In this document: positions 15,473 through 29,145 of the stretch, piece by piece
Layout: each line of letters begins with the position of its first letter
Numbering within the stretch: the stretch's first letter is position 1
From: the human T2T-CHM13v2.0 reference genome, Homo sapiens
DNA length: 64,000 nt
Assembly: GCF_009914755.1 (NCBI RefSeq)
Contig: NC_060928.1
Reading direction: 5' to 3' (one strand)
The notes under the pieces: model-generated
What the model saw: only the letters and a program-made list of their open reading frames with translations
What the model was told of the DNA's origin: nothing
Database searches by the model: none
Position numbers and translations under genes: made by a program

Positions 15473-15803
15473 CAAGGATCAGCAGACTTTCTCTTGAAGG
15501 ACCAGAGAATAAGTATTTTAGGCTTTGTGGTTATATGGTCTCTGTCACAGCTTCTTATCTACTGCTATAGTGCAAAACCAGCCATATGTAAATGAATGAG
15601 TGTGGCAGTGTTCCAATAAAACTATATTTATGGATGGTGAAATTTGAATTTCATATAGCTTTTTACATGTCATGAAATATTATTCCTCTTTTGGTTGTTT
15701 TTCAGCCATTTAAAAATATAAAAACCATGCTTAGCTTATGGGTTCTACAGAAATAGTTCGCTGGACCAAATTTAGCCTGTAGCTGTAAATTTGCCGACCC
15801 CTG
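15473..15803 (+). mobile_element. MER58-type hAT-Charlie DNA element
   Basis: Termini caaggatcagcagact / tttgccgacccctg; 8-bp TSD CTTTAGCC/ATTTAGCC. Confidence 0.75.
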
Positions 15804-16049
15804 ATTTAGCCCACTAACATGATAAACTAGGAATACGTTATGCAAATAAATTATAAGCGTATGGAGTTTCATTCTAAGAATATCCACTAGAAGATCCAAA
15901 ATTGAAAGCTATGGGAGGTGAGTACAGGTTCAAGTAGTTGGAAAATAATGGCTCATTATTTAAGCTTGTAAATTGATATTTAAAAAAACCAAGAGTCAAC
16001 ATGGTACTTTAGCCCATGCCATTGCATTTTTTAATAACCTTAGAAAGAA

Positions 16050-16372
<323 letters not shown>

Positions 16373-16546
16373 TTAGTGATTGGATGTTCTTGCAAATGAA
16401 TAGCATTTTCAAGGATTTATTTAATCAGGCTCCTCCTAAGAGTAGCATGTTCTGACAACAGCTATAGATTTATCAGAAAGCAATCTTTGGATATTGGTGG
16501 TAGTTGAGTTGCATGTTGATCATTAAATGCTGTACTCCTTTTGCAG

Positions 16547-16744
16547 GCATGGTCTACATGGCTGGACTTGTTTTTGCTGTTGGTGGCTTTAATGGCTCAT
16601 TAAGAGTTCGCACTGTAGATTCCTACGACCCTGTGAAGGACCAGTGGACCAGCGTTGCTAACATGAGAGACCGGAGAAGCACTTTGGGAGCTGCTGTGTT
16701 AAATGGATTATTATACGCTGTGGGAGGCTTTGATGGGAGTACAG
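16547..16744 (+). CDS. KLHL2: KLHL2 coding exon (kelch repeats 2-3)
   Basis: ttgcag| acceptor, CAG|gtaatt donor; 198 nt, phase 1-1; GMVYMAGLVFAVGGFNGSLRVRTVDSYDP...LLYAVGGFDGST. Confidence 0.95.
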
Positions 16745-16786
16745 GTAATTTCCTTTTCATTTATTCTACATTGCTGCTAAAATTAA

Positions 16787-17128
<342 letters not shown>

Positions 17129-17458
17129 ACATGTGAGGTTTTAACTGGTATTTAAAGATAAGTTTAAAATTTTATCAAGAATTTCCTTAAATGATATGAG
17201 TGGTGAGTATATAAATTTTCTTTCTTATGCATCAGTATCAGTCATCAAATTTTAAAAGCTTATAAATATCAGTAGCTTAGGTAGGAGCCTTCTGGAAAAC
17301 AAGCTGTACCTGTTTTTCATGTAATTGCTGTGTTTATGTTCCACCATTTTCTTCTCTTAATTTTAGCCCAGTATAACATACCTGAAGTATTTTTCCATAT
17401 ATATGAACTATTGACATTTTTTAGAGAAGGAAATGAAGACTATTGTGCTTTATTATAG

Positions 17459-17560
17459 GTTTGTCATCTGTGGAAGCATACAACATAAAGTCTAATGAGT
17501 GGTTTCATGTAGCTCCCATGAATACAAGGAGGAGCAGTGTTGGTGTGGGTGTTGTTGGAG
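17459..17560 (+). CDS. KLHL2: KLHL2 coding exon (kelch repeat 3)
   Basis: tatag| acceptor, GAG|gtaggt donor; 102 nt, phase 1-1; GLSSVEAYNIKSNEWFHVAPMNTRRSSVGVGVVG. Confidence 0.95.
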
Positions 17561-17801
17561 GTAGGTGTTGACAGTTCTTTCAGGTACATGTGGCATTTTG
17601 ATCCTTGAGAGTGGTTCTTCCAGTAATCTCAACTTTAGTTTTCTGAATGGGCAAGCTAATTATCATTTTAAAAAGAAAAGTCGTAATTACTGTAAAATTT
17701 CAGTTATCCTCTTTTTAAAATTAGCTTCTCTATATAAATCAACCTATATAAAGCCTTTTCTCTCCCTCTCTATCCCCCTCCCTTTATCCCTCCTCCTTTC
17801 T

Positions 17802-17804
<3 letters not shown>

Positions 17805-17844
<40 letters not shown>

Positions 17845-17902
17845 ACTTATATAACTGTGTGTGTTTGACTTATATAACACGTGTGTGTTTGACTTATATA
17901 AC
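17805..17902. repeat. (TG)n microsatellite followed by three copies of GTGTGTTTGACTTATATAAC
   Basis: Read directly from the sequence. Confidence 0.95.
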
Positions 17903-18243
17903 AGCAGTCCCCAACCTTTTTGGCACTAGGGACTGGTTTTGTGGAAGACAATTTTTCCATGGACAGGGGTGGGTTGGGGGGATGGTTTTGGGATGAAACT
18001 GTTCCCACCTCAGATCATCAGGCATTAGAGTGTCATAAGGAGTGCACAACCTAGGTCCCTCAAATGTGCATTTCAAGATAGGGTTCACACTTCTGTGAGA
18101 ATCTAATGCCGCTGCTGATCTGACAGGAAGTAGAGCTCAGCTGTAATACTTGCTCACCTGCCGCTCACCTCCTGTTGTGCAGCCCGGTTCCTAACAGGTT
18201 CCAGACAGGTACCGGTCCATGGCCTGCGGTTTGGGGACTGCTG
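17902..18243 (+). mobile_element. MER1B-like hAT-Charlie element
   Basis: TIRs CAGCAGTCCCCAA / TTGGGGACTGCTG; ~340 bp; similar copy at 60193-60529. Confidence 0.85.
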
Positions 18244-19232
18244 CTGTATAAGACTGTCAACTGATTTTAACAGTTGCTTGGGGGAACAATTCAGGTGACA
18301 TAAATGTGTAATTTTATATCTGGAGAAGGGCTGTTAAGGGATGGATTGCCACAGTTATTTATTTATATCCTACTTTGTCTCCCAACAGAAGTTAAGGAAG
18401 GCTCTAAGTATTATTATTATTATTTTTTTTTAATTGACTTGGGCAAATTTGCAGGTTTCCACCCCCTCCTCATCGTAGGTGTAATCTGTGCACTTAGAAA
18501 AAAACAGCTTTATTGTGATATAATCCACATCATACAATTCACCCATTTCATGTATACAGTTCATTGTGCATCCATCACTGCAATTCATTTTAAAACATTT
18601 TTATTATCCTCTAAAAGCAATCCTGCTTCCCTTGGCTCTTACTCGTATCTTACCCAACCTTCAGCAACTGCTAGTCTACTTTCTATCACTTAGAGATTTG
18701 CCTCTTCTGAATATTTTAGTCATACAGTATGTGATCTTTGGTGACTCACTTCTTTGGCTTAGGGTGATGTTTTCAAGATTTGTTTATTTATACTGAGGCA
18801 TTTATTAGTACTTCATGCCTTTTTAATGCCAAGTAATATTGCATTGCATTCTGTTATTAATTTTTGATTTAACCTTTTTTCCGATTTCCTAAGATAACTT
18901 TGGTATTTAATTCTGTCTTACAGGATGTTGTTCACTTATCAAATAGTGTTACCTAAAGATATAATGAGTGTGCTATTTTATCAGATTATTGATGAAAGTA
19001 TAAAATTAACATCATCAGCTATACCCTGCAGATCTTCATAACATGATTTGATTACCCCATCTGTCACCATTAGGCAAGACCCTAATATATTTCATAAAAA
19101 TCAGCAGCACTTTAAGGGGAAACTCTGCTGCCATGAAGGAAAATATATTAATATTTTCTGGCTTGAAAAATTAGTGTTTTTTGTTTGTTTGTTTTTTAAT
19201 AAATTTGGCTTTCTATGTGATTTTATGTGTAG

Positions 19233-19361
19233 GTTTGCTCTATGCTGTAGGAGGTTATGATGGAGCATCACGTCAGTGTCTTAGCACAGTAGAATGCTAT
19301 AATGCTACAACAAATGAGTGGACCTATATAGCAGAAATGAGCACCAGGCGGAGTGGAGCAG
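19233..19361 (+). CDS. KLHL2: KLHL2 coding exon (kelch repeat 4)
   Basis: tgtag| acceptor, CAG|gtacat donor; 129 nt; [43 protein letters not shown]. Confidence 0.95.
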
Positions 19362-20020
19362 GTACATGTGAACCTGTTTTAGCAACTGAAGCACAAAAAT
19401 GATGGAAAATAGTTAAAGTAAAATGATTCAGTGGCATCACTTTACATTATCTGAAAATATATGATATGCTGATTTTAGTGGCACTGCTAAATGTCTTTTG
19501 AATTGTGCAGGTAATGGGAGTAATTACAAAGTAATTTTACTTTAAAATTTAATGTCTAAGTGCCATAGACATTTCTGTTTCATTTATATATTCAAGTTGT
19601 TAGCACTCCTTTTAGTTTTTTGTTTTTAGTGCTTATTGGGGAACTTGCTTAATAATCAAGTCTTTTCATGTATATTTCTTAAAATTTTGTGCTTTAATAT
19701 GCGGTTATTTTACTATGGATATTGTTTTCAAAAGGATTACATTAAAGGACTTTTTCCCTCCCTGTGTTTCACCTACATGTTATTAATATTTTTATTCTGT
19801 TTGACATGCCTCTTTTTTCAGAATAATAGTTTGTTGAGATGCTTATTTAATCATCAATTGTATTGATTTCCATTTCTTAAATTGTAGGCTATAGTATCAG
19901 CTTGCTTTTATTATGAATTATAACTTCGAAAGTTTTAGTTACAAGTCATTTAAATAAACCTAATATGATATAAATCTCTTGTTCTTTTTGCCCCTCTATT
20001 TGGCTGGTTGTGTTTTATAG

Positions 20021-20161
20021 GTGTTGGTGTGTTAAACAATTTATTGTATGCTGTAGGAGGTCATGATGGCCCTTTAGTACGAAAAAGTGTTGAAGTATAT
20101 GATCCCACCACTAACGCATGGAGACAGGTTGCAGATATGAACATGTGCAGAAGAAATGCAG
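20021..20161 (+). CDS. KLHL2: KLHL2 coding exon (kelch repeat 5)
   Basis: ttatag| acceptor, CAG|gtatct donor; 141 nt; GVGVLNNLLYAVGGHDGPLVRKSVEVYDPTTNAWRQVADMNMCRRNA. Confidence 0.95.
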
Positions 20162-23100
20162 GTATCTGTCAGTTTAAGGTTATAAAACTTATGTTGAATT
20201 TTATTTTAAGTTTCACTGGTATCACTCTATCAATGAATATCAATGGTATTTCCATTGTTCTTTTACTGATCTGGGTTCCCTGATAGACTCTGAACTCTTT
20301 AAAGCCAGAAACTTATGTAATAATCCTATAAAGTGAATGCCTGCCATAGTCTCTGGAACATAACAGGTTGTTGTGACACTTCAGTAAACTCATCATTTCT
20401 ACTAGCTGCTACTTTTTGGTGATAAATGTGGAGACTAATTAAATTAGGTGTAGACCCTTTAAATGATACTGAATTCATTCATTCTTACAACAGATATAAT
20501 TTAGTGCCTACTATGTATCTATCATACACTGGAGATCCTAGTTCTCAGGAAATTTAGTCTAGTTGAGTAGATATTTATACTAGGTTAAAAAGCTAGTTGA
20601 TTATCTAAATCTAGAGGGGAAGTCTGCAAAGGTAACCCTAGCTTAATACAGTTCAGGATTTCCAGAAAAATGGAAAAACTAAAGCAACAACAATAACAAC
20701 AAATAATTTTAAGAAAGTAGAGAACTTCAAGATTAGGGAACTAACCACTTAAAAAGAAGAATCAAGAAAGGGAAATACAAATGGAAAATAGACTCAAGAT
20801 AGCTACATAGCCTTTCAGGAAATGCTAGGATTCTTCAAAATGCCATTATCTTCATGTCATTTCTCATAGTGTAAAATAAGTTCCTGGTGAGTCTCAAACT
20901 TACTGTACACCATTGGACACCCCCCTCCATCAGCGCTCATCTTAGTTTCTCTTTAAAGAAGGGTGATTACTAAGAGAGACTAAGTATGTGGAACTGCAGA
21001 TACTGTTGGCAGCAGACCAGAATTTATAGTTAATTCTGTTTGGCCTTGCACGTCATCTAGTCAGTTGTATATGGTAATCAGTTCGTTAGATGGTAAGACC
21101 CTCAAATATGGGTCCTTAGTAGAATAAGTGACTCCAGTATACATTAAGTTAGAAAAGCCATGGTGATTTGTGCATGTGTCTTCCTGGATTAGGAAATTTA
21201 GTTGCAATTTGAGCTTTTTATGAATATTTTCTTAAAGGTTAGACTAATTTATTTTTTCTCTATATGTGTTTATTGTTTTCATATCAAAATTCACTCATTT
21301 AGGTAGAAGAATAAAGAGATAATTTGTATATATAGAGCTACCATTATCCTGTTCTTCAAAAAATTGTGTGGGAAAGGGTAGGATTTAGGAAAAAGACGTA
21401 AGTCTCTGTTGAAAAGTTGTTTCATATTTTGATTTAGACAACATTACTTGAGTTTATTTGATAATCAGGAAGAGAGAGAAATCTGAAAGCTTACTTTTCA
21501 GTTTGTTTTTCCTTCTCAATCAATGATGTTTATTTTCTATGCAAATAACAAAATTTGAATTATTTACTTCTATAATTTACAAGATACAGTATAATCCAAT
21601 TGAGCATATATTTTAAAATTATTTAAGTTCATAAGAGTATTTTAAAATCTCACCCTCATTCCATATTCCTGATAATCTGAAACAAACTTCTGATAAGATC
21701 TGTTCAGCTCTTCCTTTTTAATAACCTAGGCTAAGGACCTCATCCAAGCACCTAAATTATTGGAAAGAAAGAACTAAGCTGGCAAAGAGTGGAGGACATG
21801 TATTCAATGTTAAGCGGGGAGAGGTGAAAGCATCCATATAAATTTGAAATAGCAAGCAGCTTACAAGCCAGATTTCAAAAGTTTTCATAAGTATGGTAAA
21901 TTATGACACCAAGAGTGGAGTAAAAATGAAATAAATTTGAATTAGATGATTATATATAGACCTTTAATACCTAGCACATCTGTAATAGGTTCTCAATATG
22001 AATTTGATTGTGTTGAAGTAAACTGAATAAACTGGAACCATCAAACACTGCAGGAAGGTGCATCCTTTTGGCAAAGTGATTTGGCTCCTATCGCCTAAAA
22101 GGAATCTGGTGTTGTGAGTTAGTGGGTTAGTAAAATTGATGTCTTCTGAATGTATAGCTAAGATATTCAAATGGATGTATGGACCAACCTCCCTTTCTGC
22201 AGTGGGATGCTCTTTAATCTGTGAGCCCCTCATAGATATGATTGGGAAAACTCTTTAGAACAATATAGTCTCCTTGTTCATGCCTTCCATCATAGCAGGG
22301 CCATTTTTGAGATCATTTTTTCTCTCACAGTCCTATGTTGTCCATCAATAGGCTGAAATACAGTGTTGCATACACATGTAACTACTGTGTGGAGCTTGTG
22401 TGGCAGCAGCATTTGATTCTTGCTTTTAAGTATTTGAACAACTTTAAAATGGTATGAGTTTTTTTCCTACAAAGTTTTGTAGATTTGGGCAGCATTATTC
22501 GGGATTCTTTGATGCCCTCTAGTATAAGTTCATAGTAGCACTGAACTTTTTATAAGAAATTAAATGTACTTTTAAAAAATTACATTGAAATAGCTTTTTA
22601 AAAGCATTTACCATTAGACTCAGCAGTTTTCCTTCTAATAATTTATATTAAGAAAAATTGCTCAAGTATTCAAAACACTGTTCAGGGGATCTTTGTTCAT
22701 TGCAACATCATTGGTAACAGCAAAAAAATCAAAATTACTTAAATATCCATCAGTAAAAAAATGATTAAATAAACTGTCATACATAAAAATTACATTTATA
22801 TTTATTAACTTGAGGAAATGTCCAAGGTAGGTTGGTTGGCCAGGGTGGGTAAGTTATTTAATAAAGTAGCATGTGTAGTGTGAGCTACTTTGGGGTTAAA
22901 AAAGAAAGTGTCTGAGTATATATGCATGGAGAAAAGTTAGCCAGAGTAGAGATCAAAATTTTAATGGTCATTATTCTAAGAGACATAAGGTTGGAGGTCA
23001 TCTTTTTTTCTTATAATACTTTTCTAGATGTTTTGAATTTTTGCAAAGAAAAGAGTTATTTTAATAGATAAATAATATTGTTCTCTTTAAAGGGAGATAA

Positions 23101-23360
23101 AATAGCTAACCATTCAGTGTGATAATTAAAATTAAGAATATTTTTACCTTCTACTAACATATATTTTCTTCCTTAAGATTCCCTAAGTAGCTGACTTTGA
23201 CTTTTTATTAAAAAAAAAAAAATGAGGGTCAAAATAGTTTCTAACCTATAATGTTGTGAAAATTAGGTAGAATAATGCATATATAAAGTAACTACTGCAT
23301 AAATGACACTCAGTAGGAGCTTAGAAGTGGTATTATGGTCTCCTAATATAGAAAGAATTC

Positions 23361-23659
23361 TTTTTTTTTTTTTTGGAGACAGAGTCTCACTCTGTTGCCC
23401 AGGCTGGAGAGCAGTGGTGTGGTCTTGGCTCTCTGTAGCCTCTGCCTCCCTGGGTTCAAGTGATTCTCCGGCTTCAGCCTCTTGGAGTAGCTGGGACCAC
23501 AGGCACACTCCCCCATGCCTGGCTGATTTTTGTATTTTTAGTAGAGATGGGGTTTTGCCATGTTGCCCAGGCTCATCTCGAACTCCTGACTTCAAGTGAT
23601 CTGCCCACCTTGGCCTTCCAAAGTGCTGGGATTACAGGCGTGAGCCATGGTGCCTGGCT
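23361..23659 (-). mobile_element. Alu
   Basis: Full dimer; flanking repeat TCCTAATATAnAAnGAATTC. Confidence 0.92.
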
Positions 23660-23820
23660 ATCCTAATATAAAACGAATTCTTTTCATGCTCACTATTTTC
23701 TCTTCTTGCCTCCTTTCAAAGAAATTAGTGTCTCTGGATTACCTCACTAAACATGTACAGTGATACTCATATTCATCCCAATTTTTTAAATAATTGTTTT
23801 CTCTCTGTAATTTTTTAAAG

Positions 23821-23964
23821 GAGTTTGTGCAGTTAATGGTCTGTTATATGTTGTTGGAGGGGATGATGGTTCCTGTAACTTGGCGTCAGTAGAATATTAT
23901 AACCCAACAACCGATAAATGGACAGTTGTGTCATCGTGTATGAGCACAGGGAGAAGTTATGCAG
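23821..23964 (+). CDS. KLHL2: KLHL2 coding exon (kelch repeat 6)
   Basis: ttttaaag| acceptor, CAG|gtaaca donor; 144 nt; [48 protein letters not shown]. Confidence 0.95.
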
Positions 23965-24708
23965 GTAACAGTTGTCTCTAAAGTCAATTTCCGTACAAAA
24001 AGATGACCTCATTATGAATGTTATATTAACGAAGTTTTTCTGTTATAAGAATAAAGTCTTTTCTCAAGGTATAGTTTATATCTTATTCTTAAGATGATTA
24101 ACATTGGCTGTGTATATTCTGAAATAAAGCACCAGTATACTTTTGTCATTCTACAGTCATTTGTATTCAAAATCCCAAATCTTTGATATACAAAATCATA
24201 TAATAAAATTTAATGTAGCTAAAATCTGTATGCAGAGGAGAAGAATTCATATGTGGCAAGGCTTTAATTCCTGAGATGTCCAAGAAATAGGATAGGATTC
24301 CTACATCTCCCCATGGTGTGGCTCCATGAGATAGTATTATAGTGAGGCTGTGGAATAATTTTTCTTTCTTAAGCATAGTACTGGTTGAGTTATAAAATGT
24401 GATTTTTTGGTCCATTCTCTTAGTAAGATAAATGTTAATTTTAATAAATATTATGGTGAGTCTTTATGTTATTTATTTCAATTATATTTATCTTGCTTTT
24501 AATAGTATAATGTTTCTGTAACAAAATTGATCCAATAGTGGAGGAAGAAAATGTTTAAGCTCATTAACCATCACTGTTGCTTATGTATCATTCAAAACAG
24601 TACTGAGAAGAACTATGTACAGTAGAATTCCAGTATAACATGGGTGAATATTAGATGAATTTTTAAAACAACTTCATTGAGGTATAAACTGACAGAATAC
24701 ATAGCGTA

Positions 24709-27643
24709 CAGTTGACCCTTGGACAACACAGGTTTGAACTGTGTATGTCCACTTACATGTGGATTTTTTTCAATAATTATGTTGGAAAAATTTTTTTGGA
24801 GATTGGTAACAGTTTGAAAAAACTCAGATGCACTGCATAACCTAGAAATATTGAAAAAATTAAGTTTAAGATTATGAACACATAAAATATACGTAGATAC
24901 TAGTCTGTTTTATCATTTACTACAAAATATCTACAAATCTGTTACAAAAAGTTAAAATTTATCAAAACATATGCACACAAACTCTTATGGGAACAAACAC
25001 CCACAAACCATAGATGGTGTCATTCACAGTCCAGAGAAATGTGAACAAACCACAAAGATACAATATTAAATCATAACTGCATGAAATTAACTGTAGTATG
25101 TTACTGTACTACTATAATAATTTTATAGCCGTCTCCTGTTGCTGTATTGGTGAGCTCAGCTGTTGTGAGTATCCACTTAAAAAGCTGTGGGGGGCTAATT
25201 ACCTTTGAAAGAGCAGTTTGTCTCTTCAGCGATGCGTATCTCAGTAAAAAGTTCTCTCTCATGGTTCTGCCTTATTTTTCATCATGTTTACTGCAATATC
25301 ATAAACCTTGAATAATACCATGGGACCCATACAAAGTGCCACCGGTGATGGTGCTAGGAAGTGCTTCAACGAAGCAGAGAAGAGTCATGACATTACAAGA
25401 AAAAGCTGAATTGCTTGAGATATACCATGGATTGAGGTCTGCTGCTGCACTTGCCCACCATTTCAAAATAAATGAATCCAGGGTAGGGATCATTGTAAAA
25501 AGGAAAAAGGAAATTCATGAAGCCGTCCCTGCAGCCATCCCAGCAGTTTTGAAAACTTCACACTTTTTGTGAAATCCCTTTTTATCTTGTGTTGAACATG
25601 CAGCTTTTATGTGGGTGCAGGATTTTTGTTTTTGAGACAGAATCTCACTCTTGTCGCCCAGGCTGGAGTGCAACAGCGTGATCTCAGATCACTGCAACCT
25701 CCGCCTCCCAGATTCAAACGATTCTCATGCCTCAGCTTCCTGAGTAGCTGGGATTACAGGGATGTGCCACCACACCTGGCTAATTTTTAAATTTTTATTA
25801 TTTTTATTATTTTTGACTTTTTGGTTTTGGTTTTTGGTGGGTGCAGGATTGCTGTAAGAAAGGCATACCTGTCAACTCTAATATGATTTGAGAAAAAGGA
25901 AAGTCATTATGTGACAACCTGAAGCAAAAGGAAGGTGAAGGATCTAAAGCTGGAGAATTTCCTCAGCCTACTCAAGCAAAGGATGACTTGATAATTTTGG
26001 AAAGGGGTTTGGCTCAAAAAATGTCAAGATAACAGGAGAACACTTCTGTCAACCAAGGGGCCAGCAGATGAGCTCCCAGATGCCATGAAGAAAGTTGTTG
26101 AGGAGAATGGATATCTGCCTGAACAAGTTTTTAATGCAGACAAATGTGCCACCAGGGACATTTATTAGGAAGATAAGCAAGCACCAGAATTTAAGGCAGA
26201 AAGGGATAAGCTAACTCTACTATTTTGTGCAAATGCAGTTGGGTTTATGATTTGGACTGCTCTTATCTAAAAAGTTGCTAACCCCCAATCCTTGAAGGGA
26301 AAATATAAATACCAGCTGCCAGTCTTTTGACTGTATAACAAGAAGGCCTAGACAAGAAATCTTTTCCCGGACTGGTTCCATCTATGCTTCAGGTTCAGGA
26401 AGTACCATGCCAGTAAGGGACTGCTTTTTATTTTGATATTGGACAGTGCCCTTGGCCACCCAGAACCCCATGAGTTCAACACCAAAGGCATAGAAGTGGT
26501 CTACTTGCCCCTAAACACAATGTATCTAATTCAGCCTCTAGATCAGTGACCATAGGAACCTTAAAGTTTCATTATACATGGCACTCTATGGAAAAAATTG
26601 CCAGTGCTATGGAAGAGAATCTCAACAGAGAAAACATGAAAGTCTGGATGGATTACACCATTGAATATATCATTGTTATAGAAAAAGCTATGAAAGTCAT
26701 CAAACCCAAAACAATAAATTCCTGCTGGAAAAAAACTGTGTTCAGATGTTGTGTATGACTTCACAGGAGTTATGACAGAGCCAGTCAAAGAAATCATGAA
26801 AGAGATCATGGATGTGGCTATAAAGGTTGATGGTGAAGGGTTTCAAGGTATGGATCTTGGAGAAATTCAAGAGCTAATAGATACCAAACCAGAGAAATTA
26901 ACAGAACATGACTCGACGGAGATGAGTGCTTCTTAACCACTGCCAGACAATGAAGAAGATGTAGAAGCAATGTCAGAAAACAAATTGACATTAGACAGTC
27001 TGGCAAAAGGGTTTGGTTATTCAAGACTGTTTATGACTTACTTTATGAAATGGGCCCTTCTATGATATGTGCACTGTAACTGAAGAAAGTAGTGGAAAGA
27101 CGATTGGTATTATGTGGAAACATTTTTAGAGAAATGAAAAAAACAAAAAAGTCAGACAGGAATTAACAGTGTATTTCCTTAAAGTTGCACCAAGTGTGTC
27201 TGCCTCTCCTGTTTCCCCTGCCTTCCCTTCCACCTCCTCCACCTCTTCTGCCTCTGCCACCCCTGAAACAACAAGACCAACCTCTCCTCTTTCTCCTCCT
27301 CCTCAGCCTGCTCAATGTGAAGAGACAAGGATGAAGACCTTGATGATGATCCACTTCCCCTTAATGAATAGTAAATATAGTTCCTCTTCCTTATGACTTT
27401 TTAAATAACATTTCCTTTTCTGTAGCTTACTTTAAGAATACAATATATAACACATAACATGTTATGACATACATAACATATATTACATGTAAAATATGTG
27501 TTAATTGACTGTATCAGTAAGGCGTTTGGTCAACTGTAAGCTATTAGTAATTAAATTATGCGGGAGTAAAAAATTATACATGGGTTTTTGACTGCGTGGA
27601 GGGTCAGCACCCCTGACCCCCATGTCGGTTCAAGGGTCAACTG
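24709..27643 (+). mobile_element. Tigger2-like (pogo/TcMar) DNA transposon, near full length, decayed transposase
   Basis: TA + CAGTTGACCCTTG ... CAAGGGTCAACTG + TA; HTH fragment (ORF 25336-25572); DDE-region motifs QVFNAD, LILDSALGHP, YLPLNTMYLIQPLDQ with stops and frameshifts. Confidence 0.9.
25625..25836 (-). mobile_element. Alu right arm inserted in Tigger2
   Basis: 14-bp TSD GTGGGTGCAGGATT at 25611-25624 and 25837-25850. Confidence 0.88.
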
Positions 27644-28026
27644 TATATTTAAACTATATAATTTTATTACTTTTGACAGAGTATATACCCATGAAACCAT
27701 CACCACAATCAAGATAATGAACATATCCATCATGCTCAAAAGTTTCTGTGTTCCCTTTTGAGTATATTTTCCAAATTGTAACTACAAAGAGGAAAAGACT
27801 AGTTCTGGATTAAATAGTCTTATATTTAACTAGCCCATAACTAAACAGAGTTTTCACTGTCATTTAGATTCAAATGATAATACTACTAAAGTTTAAGAAA
27901 GAGATTCTGAAACATGATTTGTACAGTTCCTCCTGCCTTCGTATTATAATGAAGAATTGAGTGTTTTCTCAGAGATACAGAGTGCTGCCTGTGACTTCTT
28001 TTTTCTCTCTTCATTTCTTTGCTCAG

Positions 28027-28055
28027 GGGTCACAGTTATTGATAAACCATTATGA
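28027..28055 (+). CDS. KLHL2: KLHL2 terminal coding segment
   Basis: long pyrimidine tract + ctcag| acceptor; GVTVIDKPL then TGA at 28053-28055. Confidence 0.92.
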
Positions 28056-29145
28056 GCCTGAAGGACATTTTCAGCATATTTATACATGAGAAACAGCCTT
28101 CAACAAGTATTTGTGAAGTGACTGAGAATCTAGCACTTCTCCACTTGTAGCTGCACTTTAAGTCTCAGCAGAAGATACGATCGTCTGCCTTTATAGGCCT
28201 CAGATACTGAAGATTATTTTTGGTAGAAGCACCGTGTAGGCTTTTTCTGCAATGAGCAGCAGCTGACTGAATTTTCATAAGAAACTTGGACTGCAGGACT
28301 TAATCTGTAGTCTTTAGACAACAGTTGCTTTCATAAAGACTAGTTCTTATCAACCTTGAATGACTACAGATTATTTTGTGAAGGAGGATGAAGTAATGTG
28401 TGTTCTTGTAAAATTAAATTTTATCTTTATTTCTTCTAAAAATCTGTATACCAGGAACTGAAAATCTTTGAACAGATATTAAAATCTACGTAAGTATACA
28501 AACTAGTTGAGGGATACACTGTTTGCTTTTATAAAATAACTTTGATTACATGAATATAATAAATTATGTGCATATAAATGTGTGTCTATATGCTTTCCTT
28601 TAAATATGTTTGAAAAGATGTTTGAAACTTGATTATACTATTTATAATTGGCACAGTACTTTGAATTATGCCAGTACTACATTGTAAAACAGAGTTGTAT
28701 TTTTTGATATTTAACAATGCTTAACACTTTAAATGCCACTTCTGAGGAATGGACCTGGTGTAACACACTTGAATATGTGTGATGCCAAACTTTTTAAAAT
28801 ACAATATAAATTATGCTTATTTATTATTTTCTTTAGTTTAATCTTGGTCATGTTTTGGTGTGTATTTTTAATTTTTTTCTTAAATTAACACTTTGGCATG
28901 AACATTACTGCAGGTTTTTGATGAATATAATGAATGTATGGAATTCAATTGAATTTGCATGGTCTTCGGAATTTTTTCTGTGTGTATAAATTTAGCTGCT
29001 ATTAACAGAAGAGAGAACTTTCTGTGAGTAGCCATGTGTGTTGATCAGATACAGTTTTTCTGAGATCTTCAATTAATCTCACTTTAAAAATGACCAAAAC
29101 ATGTCTTTCTTGAATTAACTTTGAATAAAAGTTTGTATATTATTT
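28056..29145 (+). other. KLHL2: KLHL2 3'UTR (end approximate)
   Basis: AT-rich, repeat-free sequence between the stop codon and AATAAA at 29124-29129. Confidence 0.8.
29124..29129 (+). terminator. KLHL2 polyadenylation signal
   Basis: AATAAA followed by T/GT-rich downstream sequence; a second AATAAA lies at 28558-28563. Confidence 0.75.

Noticed and set aside
20959-21092. Possible poison exon in a KLHL2 intron (tttaaag| ... ATG|gtaaga, immediate TGA in frame)
   Set aside because: Only splice-site look-alikes, which are common by chance; needs junction reads or conservation
25336-26936. Possible domesticated Tigger transposase gene
   Set aside because: Fragmented by stops, frameshifts and an Alu insertion; the region after the first catalytic Asp appears deleted
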